The translations under genes were made by a program, and so were the position numbers. Positions 46,832 to 55,880 of a stretch of 64,000 nt of DNA are shown here, piece by piece. How positions within the stretch are numbered: the first letter of the stretch is position 1; each line of letters starts with the position of its first letter. The notes under the pieces were generated by a model that worked only from the letters and a program-made list of their open reading frames with translations, searched no databases and was not told the DNA's origin. This stretch comes from a virus (Duplodnaviria > Caudoviricetes): the IMG/VR virus record IMGVR_UViG_3300048854_000081, positions 1 to 64,000 of that record. One strand, given 5' to 3'.

Positions 46832-47158
46832 ATGCACGCTCTGATCGCCGATATGATTGATGTGTTCGAAAACAATGATTTCGATAACGTCGATGCTCTG
46901 CGTAAATTCAGCAAAGCGGAATCGTATGATGACCTGTCTACTCTGTTCATGAGCATTGCCGATAATTCGGATGCGGAACTGTATGATGGTGGTTACTCCG
47001 GTCGTAGCATGTACGGCGATGAGTGCTGGGCTATCCGCTGCGACGATATCGTTAAGGTAATCGAAGTCGCTGCGATGCATGGTGTGACCAAAGCCAAGTG
47101 GGATTCGCTTGGTATGAGTTTCGTCGTGTACTGGCCGCACATTACTTACATCGTTTGA
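46832..47158 (+). CDS. hypothetical protein, tandem paralog 2
   Basis: YSGRSMYGDECWAI...DSLG...VYWP. Confidence 0.8.
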   Translation: MHALIADMIDVFENNDFDNVDALRKFSKAESYDDLSTLFMSIADNSDAELYDGGYSGRSMYGDECWAIRCDDIVKVIEVAAMHGVTKAKWDSLGMSFVVYWPHITYIV

Positions 47159-47221
47159 CAAATCCGAAATAATCTATATAATTCACTTCTCTTTCACCTC
47201 ACATCAAATAGGATCATACAA

Positions 47222-47602
47222 ATGACCATCAAGCTTGCCCACTTTCCCGATGCCCAGCTTCCGCATACCATTGCTTACAAGATCAATGAGAATATGACGG
47301 TAACCGCCGCATTCGCTCAGGTGGGTGAAGGTGATAAGTATGATCGTGCCATGGGTCGTACGCTGGCTCGTGGTCGCCTGCTCAAGGGTGGTGTGGGTGC
47401 TAATGGTACTCAGCGCACGGTTACGTACAATTTCGAAGACATCGGTGAAATCAATCATCGTGCCATTACCTCGTTCCTCAGCGAAACGCATTTCCCCGTG
47501 TTCAAGGGTCTCACCCGGACACAGGCATATGCTCTGCTTCGCGGTAAGCTCAAGCTTGACCCGGATGGTAACCCCATCGTGAAGCTTGACAAGGTTTACT
47601 AA
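47222..47602 (+). CDS. hypothetical protein
   Basis: D.Y.R..GR.LA..RL. Confidence 0.75.
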   Translation: MTIKLAHFPDAQLPHTIAYKINENMTVTAAFAQVGEGDKYDRAMGRTLARGRLLKGGVGANGTQRTVTYNFEDIGEINHRAITSFLSETHFPVFKGLTRTQAYALLRGKLKLDPDGNPIVKLDKVY

Positions 47603-47628
47603 TCTGATACAATAGTGACACAAGTTTT

Positions 47629-47683
47629 AGGATGCCTACAGCAACCAACCTTTCTTGCATATAGAAACCAACTGCGCATCCTG
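47629..47683 (+). ncRNA. Y-RNA-like element 1
   Basis: AGGATGC-CTACAGCAAC...GCATCCT-G; inner TTTCT-TGCATAT-AGAAA. Confidence 0.75.
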
Positions 47684-47697
47684 TAAGTTTTAGTTTT

Positions 47698-47786
47698 AGA
47701 ATGATTTCTGCAACACTACTTGGATAAAGATGGGGGTCTAAACAACCTGCTATTGAGTGGGTATCGTAATCCCACAAATCATTCTG
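47698..47786 (+). ncRNA. Y-RNA-like element 2
   Basis: AGAATGA-TTTCTGCAAC...TCATTCT-G; inner GTGGG-TATCGTAAT-CCCAC. Confidence 0.75.
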
Positions 47787-47830
47787 TTTGACAAACCCAC
47801 TTTAATCTGTATAATAATCGAATCAAGTTT

Positions 47831-47886
47831 GGGATGAGTTCCGCAACTCAAAAATCAATCTGTTAAATTGAAAAAAGATCATCCCG
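47831..47886 (+). ncRNA. Y-RNA-like element 3
   Basis: GGGATGA-GTTCCGCAAC...TCATCCC-G; inner TCAAT-CTGTTAA-ATTGA. Confidence 0.75.
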
Positions 47887-47907
47887 TTAATCAAAGGAAA
47901 GTAACCC

Positions 47908-49341
47908 ATGAATCCGCTTCTATCCGGTATGCAGCACGCAACCAACAAGTCGTTCACCGAAAACGGTGCACTGACCAATGCATCGACTCTCGATGCTTGC
48001 CTTGATTTCTTCAATGTTGGTCCGGTCGCAAAGGCCAAGCCATCCGATGCTGTGAAAGCATTCAAGGTTGCATATTCCACGGATCGTGAAGTCGCTCTGC
48101 GTGTCCTTCAGTGGGTACGTGACATTCGTGGTGGTGCTGGCGCACGTCAGGCTTTCCGTGACTGCTTTGCATGGCTGATGGACTATCATGCAAATGATGC
48201 CATTGCTATCCTCAACAAGACTGCTTTGATCGGTCGTTGGGATGACGTGCTTGTCGCGTTGTTCTCTTCCCATGCATCGGTTCAGCAGCACGCAGTCAAG
48301 TTGATTCGTAATGCTCTTAACGAGCAGAACGGTCTCTGTGCGAAGTGGATGCCACGTAAGGGTCCCATTGCTGGCGCTCTGCGTACTCAGCTTTCCCTTT
48401 CACCGAAGGGCTACCGTAAGCTTATCGTCGATCTGTCCAAGACCGTCGAGCAGCAGATGTGTGCACAGGATTGGGAAGAGATTAACTACTCCCACGTTCC
48501 TTCGGTTGCTTTCTCTCGCTACCGTAAGGCATTCAAGCGTAACGATGAAACTCGTTTCGCAGCGTTTGCCGAAGCCGCAGTGAAGGGTGAAGTGAAGGTC
48601 AATGCTTCGGCTGTCTTCCCTCATGATGTTGTGAAGGGTTTGAATTCTTACAATGCCGCCTACATGGGTCAGGTAGAGCGTAACGCTGTCAATGCACAGT
48701 GGAAGTCGCTTCCTAACTACATGCCGGATGGTGATACGGGTATCGTTGTGGCTGACGTGTCCGGTTCGATGGAGTTCCCAGTTTCGGGTCAGACGACCGC
48801 CATGGATGTGTGTATCGCTCTGGCGATGTACATGGGTGAGCGTGCAGCGGGTCCATTCAAGGATGCATTCATTACCTTCAGCACTGATCCACGTTTGCAG
48901 GTTCTTACGGGTGACGACATCGTTGGCCGTTACACTCAGCTTCAGTCGGCACAGTGGAACATGAGCACTGATCTTCAGAAGGTGTTCCATCTGATTTTGA
49001 ATACGGCAGTTTCGAAGTCGATTGCTCAGGCTGACATGCCGAAGTTCGTCACCATCCTGTCGGACATGGAATTCAATTCATGCATCACTGGTGGTACGAA
49101 TCTGGACGCCATTCGTACTCAGTACAAGATGGCTGGCTATGAAATGCCTAAGATTATCTTCTGGAACCTGAGGGGTCGTCTTGGTAACAATGCGGCGACT
49201 GCGACGGACAAGGATGTAGGCTTGATTTCTGGTTACTCTCCGGCTATCCTTAGCTCGGTGTTCAAGTGCGAAGATTTGATGCCAGTCAATCTTATGCTCA
49301 CGGCTGTCATGGTCGAGCGCTACGATCTGGAACTGGTGTAA
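47908..49341 (+). CDS. DUF2828 / vWA protein (Ro60-TROVE-like)
   Basis: TENGA, RDIRGGAG, GRWDD, AKWMPR, VPS, MIDAS DVSGS, SDMEF, FWNL. Confidence 0.85.
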   Translation: MNPLLSGMQHATNKSFTENGALTNASTLDACLDFFNVGPVAKAKPSDAVKAFKVAYSTDREVALRVLQWVRDIRGGAGARQAFRDCFAWLMDYHANDAIAILNKTALIGRWDDVLVALFSSHASVQQHAVKLIRNALNEQNGLCAKWMPRKGPIAGALRTQLSLSPKGYRKLIVDLSKTVEQQMCAQDWEEINYSHVPSVAFSRYRKAFKRNDETRFAAFAEAAVKGEVKVNASAVFPHDVVKGLNSYNAAYMGQVERNAVNAQWKSLPNYMPDGDTGIVVADVSGSMEFPVSGQTTAMDVCIALAMYMGERAAGPFKDAFITFSTDPRLQVLTGDDIVGRYTQLQSAQWNMSTDLQKVFHLILNTAVSKSIAQADMPKFVTILSDMEFNSCITGGTNLDAIRTQYKMAGYEMPKIIFWNLRGRLGNNAATATDKDVGLISGYSPAILSSVFKCEDLMPVNLMLTAVMVERYDLELV

Positions 49342-49405
49342 GTAAAAAGCTGAAGGTGAAACGAAACGCTGGCCTCAACTAGTGGTTTCATCTTCAGTCC
49401 GTTTT

Positions 49406-49598
49406 AGAATGTGTACTGCAACCCTTCAAAAATAGCCGATCCATGTAAGCGGAACTCACGGAACAATGTGAGGGAGCCCATGAAAAGAGTCTCCGGTGCT
49501 TGAAATCATCGGATAGTTAAGGTAAGATTCCGGAGGCAATGACCTCCTACCTTCGGGTAAGCGAATCCAGCAGGTTAGAAAAACCTACCCACATTCTG
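49406..49598 (+). ncRNA. Y-RNA-like element 4 (long, multi-hairpin)
   Basis: AGAATGT-GTACTGCAAC...ACATTCT-G enclosing about eight hairpins. Confidence 0.75.
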
Positions 49599-49660
49599 GT
49601 TTTACAGTTGACAAAGATTAATTAGCAAGTATAATTGATCTGTACTAAATAGATTCACAT

Positions 49661-49737
49661 CGGGGTGTAGCTCAGTCTGGTAGAGCATCTGCTTTGGGAG
49701 CAGAGGGTCGTCGGTTCGAACCCGGCTACCCCGACCA
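49661..49737 (+). tRNA. tRNA-Pro(TGG)
   Basis: TCTGC-TTTGGGA-GCAGA, C1:G72, CCA. Confidence 0.95.
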
Positions 49738-49748
49738 ATTTTTGTAAG

Positions 49749-49910
49749 TTGTGTTAGTAAAGATTATCCATGGGTACAGTGTACCCACCCCTGATAACTG
49801 TGGGTACTGCCAAAAGCGTACAGAAAACAGGGACCGTCTGGCAGGATGAAACAGAAATACTGTTTACTATAGGTTCGGTATTATCTGGTGGAGTATCTTT
49901 ACTAACACAA
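49749..49910 (+). ncRNA. structured ncRNA with 16-bp perfect closing stem
   Basis: TTGTGTTAGTAAAGAT/ATCTTTACTAACACAA, inner hairpins. Confidence 0.65.
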
Positions 49911-50045
49911 TTTTGTTTTAGCTGTAGTCGAAAATGATTGCAGTGGGACTAGGCAAGAAAGCCGTGAGTCTTATTCTTAACCCGCCCTCGTGGCGGGTTC
50001 TTTTTGTCTATTGCATTATACTTTTGATGAGGTATAATACGTTTC

Positions 50046-50420
50046 ATGATCAAACTCAAACCCATCATCCGTACTCAGTCCGCCTCGCACATGAGCCTTC
50101 AACAGCTTAAGCGTGCGCAGAAGCATCGATGCTTCTATTGTGGTACTCGTTTCAATTACACAAACGATAGCCGAGTTCATCTGTTTCCCCGTGGATTGGG
50201 ATTTGAAACTACTATTCTGGATGCAGTCTATGCTTGTGTTGGCTGTAAGAGTAAGAAAGCCAACAAGATGCCTCATCCTCGTGAGGTGATCCGATTCCAC
50301 AAGCTGTACTTGGGTCATGTCTATGCTCTAAAAGACAAGACGATCATTGTCACTCGTAACAATAAGCCTCAATTCAAACTGGCTATCACTCCCGAAATCA
50401 TCAGAGACTATTGTAAGTAA
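50046..50420 (+). CDS. HNH-like protein (degenerate)
   Basis: CFYC, VHLFPR, ACVGCKSKK. Confidence 0.7.
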   Translation: MIKLKPIIRTQSASHMSLQQLKRAQKHRCFYCGTRFNYTNDSRVHLFPRGLGFETTILDAVYACVGCKSKKANKMPHPREVIRFHKLYLGHVYALKDKTIIVTRNNKPQFKLAITPEIIRDYCK

Positions 50421-50423
50421 CTC

Positions 50424-50816
50424 ATGATCACACTTAAGCCCATCCTTAGAGCTAACCGTCGCTGTGAATCCATGGATTCCAATAAGCTTCTGGCTGCACA
50501 GAATAATCGTTGCTTCTACTGTGACGGTAAGTTCCCCGATAGACATACTGGTCCTCTGCGTCTCAGCCGTGATCACCTGTTCCCGCGTTGGTGGGGTCTC
50601 GGTATGGGTGGGAACATGGTCTTCGCTCATGCTCATTGCAACTCACACAAGAACGGTCGCACGCCTACCAATGAAGAGGTGTTGAAGTTCTTCCGCCTCT
50701 ACAAGCAGAATGCTCCTAAGCGCTATTGGGATCGTATCATCCTGTCCACCCGTAACCATAAGCCTCGTTTCAAGCTGGTGATCACTCCGGAATTGATTAG
50801 GGATTACTGCGCATGA
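50424..50816 (+). CDS. HNH endonuclease
   Basis: CFYC, DHLFPR, GNMVFAHAHCNSHK. Confidence 0.85.
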   Translation: MITLKPILRANRRCESMDSNKLLAAQNNRCFYCDGKFPDRHTGPLRLSRDHLFPRWWGLGMGGNMVFAHAHCNSHKNGRTPTNEEVLKFFRLYKQNAPKRYWDRIILSTRNHKPRFKLVITPELIRDYCA

Positions 50817-51205
50817 AAGTCTATCGTATCGAGAATGCATTGGGACAGGGGTTCCTTTACCGTGCCAACTGGACTGATACCTTTGTCCTTCCCGAGGATG
50901 AAGAAGCATATACTAAGGAATGTGGTCAGTGGTTGTCTACAGATAAGCACCAGAGCCCTCCTTATCGTATGGTAGAGCTTGGTCAGGTGTTCGGTTGCCC
51001 TTCACTGGAATATATGGCAGAATGGATCAATCCTAACATTCTGGATATGTTGGAACGTGCTGGGTACAAGGTCTATGTCTACTCGACTAAGCTGCATACC
51101 AAGCATCCCACCAGTCCTAACCAAGTATCATTCAAGAAAAAGAATGCTGTCTTGATCGAAGCATTTCATCTAGACATCCTAAGGAATATTCATGAACCTG
51201 CGTGA
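50813..51205 (+). CDS. hypothetical protein (related to 53009..53446)
   Basis: MKVYRIEN..G.G...H.SP...GC.S...W. Confidence 0.75.
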   Translation: MKVYRIENALGQGFLYRANWTDTFVLPEDEEAYTKECGQWLSTDKHQSPPYRMVELGQVFGCPSLEYMAEWINPNILDMLERAGYKVYVYSTKLHTKHPTSPNQVSFKKKNAVLIEAFHLDILRNIHEPA

Positions 51206-51341
51206 TACTGTTAAAGCTGCGATGCTGTTGCATCCTTCCATCAACAACTCCGTGGTAAGCGTCTACTATCACCTGTTCACCTCAAATGGTACAGGCTATC
51301 AGTGGAACAGTGATGGTGAACTCAAGGCCGAAGAAGGTTAA
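51192..51341 (+). pseudogene. 49-aa ORF ending exactly at repeat R1, possibly truncated
   Basis: MNLRDTVK...GTGYQWNSDGELKAEEG; stop overlaps R1. Confidence 0.5.
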
Positions 51342-51455
51342 CCTTACGCAAGCGTTAGGACTTCTTTTTCAAACAATGAAGGGAGCCATTAGGCTCCCTT
51401 TTCTATTGGTGAGTACTGTGGGGGATACCCTACCCTTACGCAAGCGTTAGGACTT
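51341..51455. repeat. repeat R1, copies 2 and 3
   Basis: CCTTACGCAAGCGTTAGGACTT at 51342 and 51434. Confidence 0.85.
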
Positions 51456-51890
51456 AATTGGGTCTTCTGCGTATAGGGGTTCTAGGTCTTCGAAGGTGCC
51501 AGCACGATCATAGATCATCGTCCACTCGACGGCTGCATAGATTAGCTCAGTCGGATAGAACTGTCGTGCTGCCTTCGCGATCATGGTACCATAGCCCTTG
51601 CGGCGATGGTCAGGATGGGTGTACACATCCATGGTGAGTATGAATTCACCGTTTAGCAATAGCTGGAACACCATACCCCATGAGAGTACAGTGGGCTCTT
51701 CCAGTCCGTCAGTGATATAGAATACCCTTAGGTCTTTGACCGATGGACTACCCTTTCTCACCCGGTTCAGGATACGGAGCATCCTGCCAGACTTTAGGCC
51801 ACAATTCAAGTCTCTTAACTGTTTCCTAATGTTTCTGTTAAGTGAACTATGTAGTTCAGTAATGACCTCAATTTCACACATCCTTAACAT
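51447..51890 (-). CDS. GNAT-family acetyltransferase-like
   Basis: VYTHPDHRRKGYGT; lone - strand gene in + block. Confidence 0.8.
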   Translation of the reverse strand: MLRMCEIEVITELHSSLNRNIRKQLRDLNCGLKSGRMLRILNRVRKGSPSVKDLRVFYITDGLEEPTVLSWGMVFQLLLNGEFILTMDVYTHPDHRRKGYGTMIAKAARQFYPTELIYAAVEWTMIYDRAGTFEDLEPLYAEDPIKS

Positions 51891-52107
51891 GTCCCTGTCT
51901 TGGGTCAGTCAAACAAGCATAACCCATTACAAAATAATTGCAACCCCCTCTGTTCAGCTCCCGTTCAGGTTGGTTACGTTAAAATAGGGTCGTGGATGGG
52001 AGAGCACAAGGAGAATGATACGCGTATGTGCGAGGGTATGCAAGGGGGTTGACACGGGTTTCATTTGTTTTATAATTCCCTCACTCCTAACGAAAACAGG
52101 TTCACAC

Positions 52108-52860
52108 ATGTTCACTCGTACCAAACACTTGCTTGCCATTTCCGCCGATGCTAAGACGGTCAAGGGTAGTAAGCTCGGGGTGATGACTGGCGTTATGTAT
52201 CTCGCACCGCACGCTCTGTCAGGTTTTCAGGTATGCCCCAAGGCATCGGAAGGGTGCAAGCTCGCGTGCCTCTACACGGCAGGCCGTGGCGTCTACAGCT
52301 ATACACAGAACGCACGCATCAATAAGACAAAATGGTTTTTCGAAGAACGCGAGACGTTCATGGAAACCCTCGTCTCCGATGTCAAGCGACTCATTCGCAA
52401 GGCTGACCGCGCGGATATGATTCCTGCTATCCGCCTCAATGGCACCAGTGATATCGCATGGGAAAAGATCAAGGTTAGCCGTGATGGTGTCGAATACCCG
52501 TCGATCATGGAAGCCTTCCCCGAAGTCCAGTTTTACGATTACACGGCGATCCTAGGCAGGACCAAAGCCCTGAAGCTCGACAATTACCACCTGACGTTTT
52601 CCCTTAAAGAGAATAACGACAAGGATGCACGCAAGGCACTGGATCAAGGCTATAACCTTGCCGTGGTGATGCGTCTGCGCCGCAAAGAAGACAAGCCCAA
52701 GCGCTGGGCAGGCTATCCGGTTGTCAATGGTGACGAAACGGACGTCCGTTTCATGGATAAGAAAGGTGGAACCATTGTGGGTCTCTTCCCCAAGGGTAAG
52801 GGTCGCTATGATACCTCGGGCTTTGTCCGTGATGTAACCGCTACCCTCAAAGCCGCCTAA
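52108..52860 (+). CDS. GP88-like Cys-cluster protein
   Basis: CPKASEGCKLACL..AGRG, RLNGTSD, FYDYT, NYHLTFS. Confidence 0.75.
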   Translation: MFTRTKHLLAISADAKTVKGSKLGVMTGVMYLAPHALSGFQVCPKASEGCKLACLYTAGRGVYSYTQNARINKTKWFFEERETFMETLVSDVKRLIRKADRADMIPAIRLNGTSDIAWEKIKVSRDGVEYPSIMEAFPEVQFYDYTAILGRTKALKLDNYHLTFSLKENNDKDARKALDQGYNLAVVMRLRRKEDKPKRWAGYPVVNGDETDVRFMDKKGGTIVGLFPKGKGRYDTSGFVRDVTATLKAA

Positions 52861-53008
52861 AGCATTAGGGAACCGAAAGGTTCCCTTTTGTTTGCATTCT
52901 CTAATCAATGTGCTAAAATAGACTGGCGGATGGGAAAAGCTCTTCGCGATCATGCCGGTTCCATTTCTGTTCAGGCTAGGTTCAGTTACGTAACCTATAA
53001 TCGTAAGC

Positions 53009-53446
53009 ATGAAAATCTTCCGAGTTGAAACCCCCGATGGTGAAGGTCCGTTCATTGGTGAGCATTCGTTTGATATGCTTGCCACCCATTTGTTTTCATC
53101 CGAAACCCATCCCTCCCCATGGCGTGACGATCTAGAACACATGATAGGTCTAGGTAGGCCGAACAAGTGTGGGTGTGATTCCATCCAGTCACTAAAGGGA
53201 TGGTTCAACGCTATCGAAGTCAATAAGCTAACAGGTGTCAGGCTGGATGATCGCGACGACCGTAACTACCTGTTACGTGCTACTGAAAGAGATTTGGGAC
53301 TGTTCAAGCTTCACGGCTTTGGTATCGCTGTCTATGAGGTAGAAGACGATGAATGCGAATATGGTTTGGGATTGACTCAGCTAGCATTCCCTACCTCTCG
53401 CGCTACCTTGATCGAAACGTTACCGATTGATGTTCTATTCAGCTAG
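53009..53446 (+). CDS. hypothetical protein (related to 50813..51205)
   Basis: MKIFRVE...GEGPF...HPSP...CGC.S...WF; ends TAG. Confidence 0.75.
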   Translation: MKIFRVETPDGEGPFIGEHSFDMLATHLFSSETHPSPWRDDLEHMIGLGRPNKCGCDSIQSLKGWFNAIEVNKLTGVRLDDRDDRNYLLRATERDLGLFKLHGFGIAVYEVEDDECEYGLGLTQLAFPTSRATLIETLPIDVLFS

Positions 53447-53499
53447 TATTCAGATACAACCCTTATAATTCAAATCATCACCTAACGGAATCAAACGTA

Positions 53500-53874
53500 A
53501 TGATGACCGAAGCCGAAAAAGATTGGCAAGTCAAGATGACACTGGCACGGGACGACTTGCATAAACTCATGCATAGCGATTCGTATCGTGACGTTCGGAA
53601 GCATGCCATGCGTATGAGTTCCGTGGTCGAATTCAATCCCATTCCTGAACTAAAGGGAAAGCCGGGTAAGAATTGCAACCGCACGGCTTGCCAGCGGCCT
53701 TTCGCGTTCTTCAAGCATATCGACAATCATGCATACTACTGTTTCAGTTGCACGCATGACATCAATTTCGCCAATCTCGATTGGTCGGTAATCAATGGTG
53801 GTAAGTACCTCATTGAGTTGGATACGGAAGTGTTGACAACGTATCTGAAAGATAATAACCTGTCCTCACTCTAA
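53500..53874 (+). CDS. Cys-containing hypothetical protein
   Basis: CNRTACQ...YYCFSC...IN. Confidence 0.75.
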   Translation: MMTEAEKDWQVKMTLARDDLHKLMHSDSYRDVRKHAMRMSSVVEFNPIPELKGKPGKNCNRTACQRPFAFFKHIDNHAYYCFSCTHDINFANLDWSVINGGKYLIELDTEVLTTYLKDNNLSSL

Positions 53875-53891
53875 CGAAAGGCAACCAAAAC

Positions 53892-54497
53892 ATGCTTCAG
53901 GCAGTCGCCAGCGAAACCACCAACATCGCGTATCTCGACGACCTTCCCTATTATGCGGAAGACAAGGAATCGGCAAGTATCAAGGCAGCGGTTAACGTCC
54001 TCAAGGGAATGTTCCCCACTGTCACCGACATCCCGAACGATACCCGTGCACTGGGGATCGTGGAACGCTCCCTGTCGCACATGATGCATTTCGACCAGAA
54101 GTTTGACACGAATGCCCAGTTCGGTAACGACCATTACGAATTGATGGTCATGCAAGCTGAAGCCCACACCGCATGGCTGGATTCGCCCGATGGTACTCCC
54201 ATCCCTGATATCCTCCTGTATCGCCCTGTAGAGGCGGTGGTCGAAGGCGACGAGGTTACCGAAACTCTGGTAGCCAGTGTGGAGACCGCTACCGTTACGG
54301 AACCGGTCGAAGTCAAGGAACGTAAGCCACGTGGTCCGGCTAACGATTCGAACTATCAGAAAGCATTGCGCTTCTACAAAGAAGATGTAGCAGCGGGTAA
54401 GATCAAGTCGCATACGGTAGCTCGCATGGTTGCCTTGGGTATTGCACCCGGAACCGCAGGGGTTTACTATAGCAAATTCAAGCACGCGAAAAGCTAA
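53892..54497 (+). CDS. protein with C-terminal HTH-like domain
   Basis: LGIAPGTAGVYY. Confidence 0.75.
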   Translation: MLQAVASETTNIAYLDDLPYYAEDKESASIKAAVNVLKGMFPTVTDIPNDTRALGIVERSLSHMMHFDQKFDTNAQFGNDHYELMVMQAEAHTAWLDSPDGTPIPDILLYRPVEAVVEGDEVTETLVASVETATVTEPVEVKERKPRGPANDSNYQKALRFYKEDVAAGKIKSHTVARMVALGIAPGTAGVYYSKFKHAKS

Positions 54498-54632
54498 CAG
54501 AAGTAAACGTAAGCTGAACGAATCGTAAGACAGTAGTTGCATTTAGTTAGAAACCCTGTATTATAGTCATCACTGGCCTCAACCAGTAACTTACATCAAA
54601 CCTAACCTAATCACCTCAAAAGGAATCAAACC

Positions 54633-54887
54633 ATGTCCACGAACGCCAAGAATGTCATCACCGGTACCGCCGCTTCGCTCCTGTCGCAGGGTCTCCGTCT
54701 CAACGGTGTCGAAGTCAAGGCTCCGTACCTGTCCGTCCTCGCTGGCTACAAGAACCTCGGCGTGAAGGTTACCGGCAAGGTCGAGTCCGAAGTCAAGAAG
54801 CAGGGCAAGCCCGCCCACATCTACGCGCTGACCTCGCGCAAGGGCATCAATGAGTTCACGCTGGACAATCCGTCCGTCGAAGCCTAA
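54633..54887 (+). CDS. small winged-helix-like protein
   Basis: GKPAHIYALT wing; paralog at 63809. Confidence 0.7.
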   Translation: MSTNAKNVITGTAASLLSQGLRLNGVEVKAPYLSVLAGYKNLGVKVTGKVESEVKKQGKPAHIYALTSRKGINEFTLDNPSVEA

Positions 54888-55018
54888 TCCCACGGGGTTA
54901 GAGTAGATTTGAGAGAGGGGGCCATTGGCTCCCTTTCTTTTTGTTTCAATGGAATCATTCAGGTTCCGTTCAGTTAGCTACTGTATAATTCTAATCATGG
55001 AAACGGAACAAGCAACGC

Positions 55019-55046
55019 TTGACACCCCGAACCATTCCGTTATAAT
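55019..55046 (+). promoter_or_regulatory. sigma70-type early promoter with 16-bp spacer (representative)
   Basis: TTGACA-16-TATAAT. Confidence 0.85.
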
Positions 55047-55075
55047 ACCTACACACCAACCCAAATGGAGCTACC

Positions 55076-55804
55076 ATGCTGGTCAAGATCACCCACAACG
55101 GAACCACCTTCTATTGCTCGCCGCGTCAGGCCGCAGCGTTGGAAGTCCTCATGGAAACCAATGGTGGCGGTTTCGCCGTGGTGAAGGGCTACAAGGCAGC
55201 ATCGACGGGCGAGGTCGCGGACATCACGTTCGTATCCCGTTTCAAGATCGCGAAGCTCTATGAGCGCACCATCAAGGCACTGGAAAGCTTCACGATGGAA
55301 GACATCATGAGCGATGTCCGCGACAATCCGAAGATCAAGGCACTGACCGTGGAAGCCTTGTGGGAAGCGTTCGACGCTCGCAAGTCATCGGAAATTGCCA
55401 GTATGCAAAAGACGCTCGATGGTGTCCGCGATGATGCACACCGTCAGGCTCACGACCGCAACTACCTGACCCTCGTGGATGGCGTGAAGGTTAACTTCAA
55501 GTCGGAGCTTGACAAGCTTACGAAACTAAAGCTCCCTGTCCTGAAGGATGGTATCCCGGTCGTCGAATCGATCATGCTGAACGTGTTGCAGGTCGGTAAG
55601 AAAGTCATCACGGAAGGCGAGTATAAGGCCGTGAATTCGGGTGTCCCCGTCATCCTGTCCAACGCCATGAAAGCTCACCTTCCGAAGTCCTGCAAGATCA
55701 AGGCAATTTCCCTGAAAGAAGACAACTTCGAAGCTCTGCACATTGACGGCAATGCCATCGTGCCGGACGATATCAAGGGCGACCTGAAGGCTTTCAATTC
55801 GTAA
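55076..55804 (+). CDS. hypothetical protein
   Basis: GGAG SD, strong promoter. Confidence 0.85.
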   Translation: MLVKITHNGTTFYCSPRQAAALEVLMETNGGGFAVVKGYKAASTGEVADITFVSRFKIAKLYERTIKALESFTMEDIMSDVRDNPKIKALTVEALWEAFDARKSSEIASMQKTLDGVRDDAHRQAHDRNYLTLVDGVKVNFKSELDKLTKLKLPVLKDGIPVVESIMLNVLQVGKKVITEGEYKAVNSGVPVILSNAMKAHLPKSCKIKAISLKEDNFEALHIDGNAIVPDDIKGDLKAFNS

Positions 55805-55880
55805 ACATAACCTGAATGGAAGGGCTAACCCCCTTCCATTCTTCTACAGTTCCGTTATAATACTCCCACACCAACGGAGA

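Noticed and set aside
47920-48990. - strand ORFs inside the DUF2828 gene
   Set aside because: Antisense shadows with no motifs.
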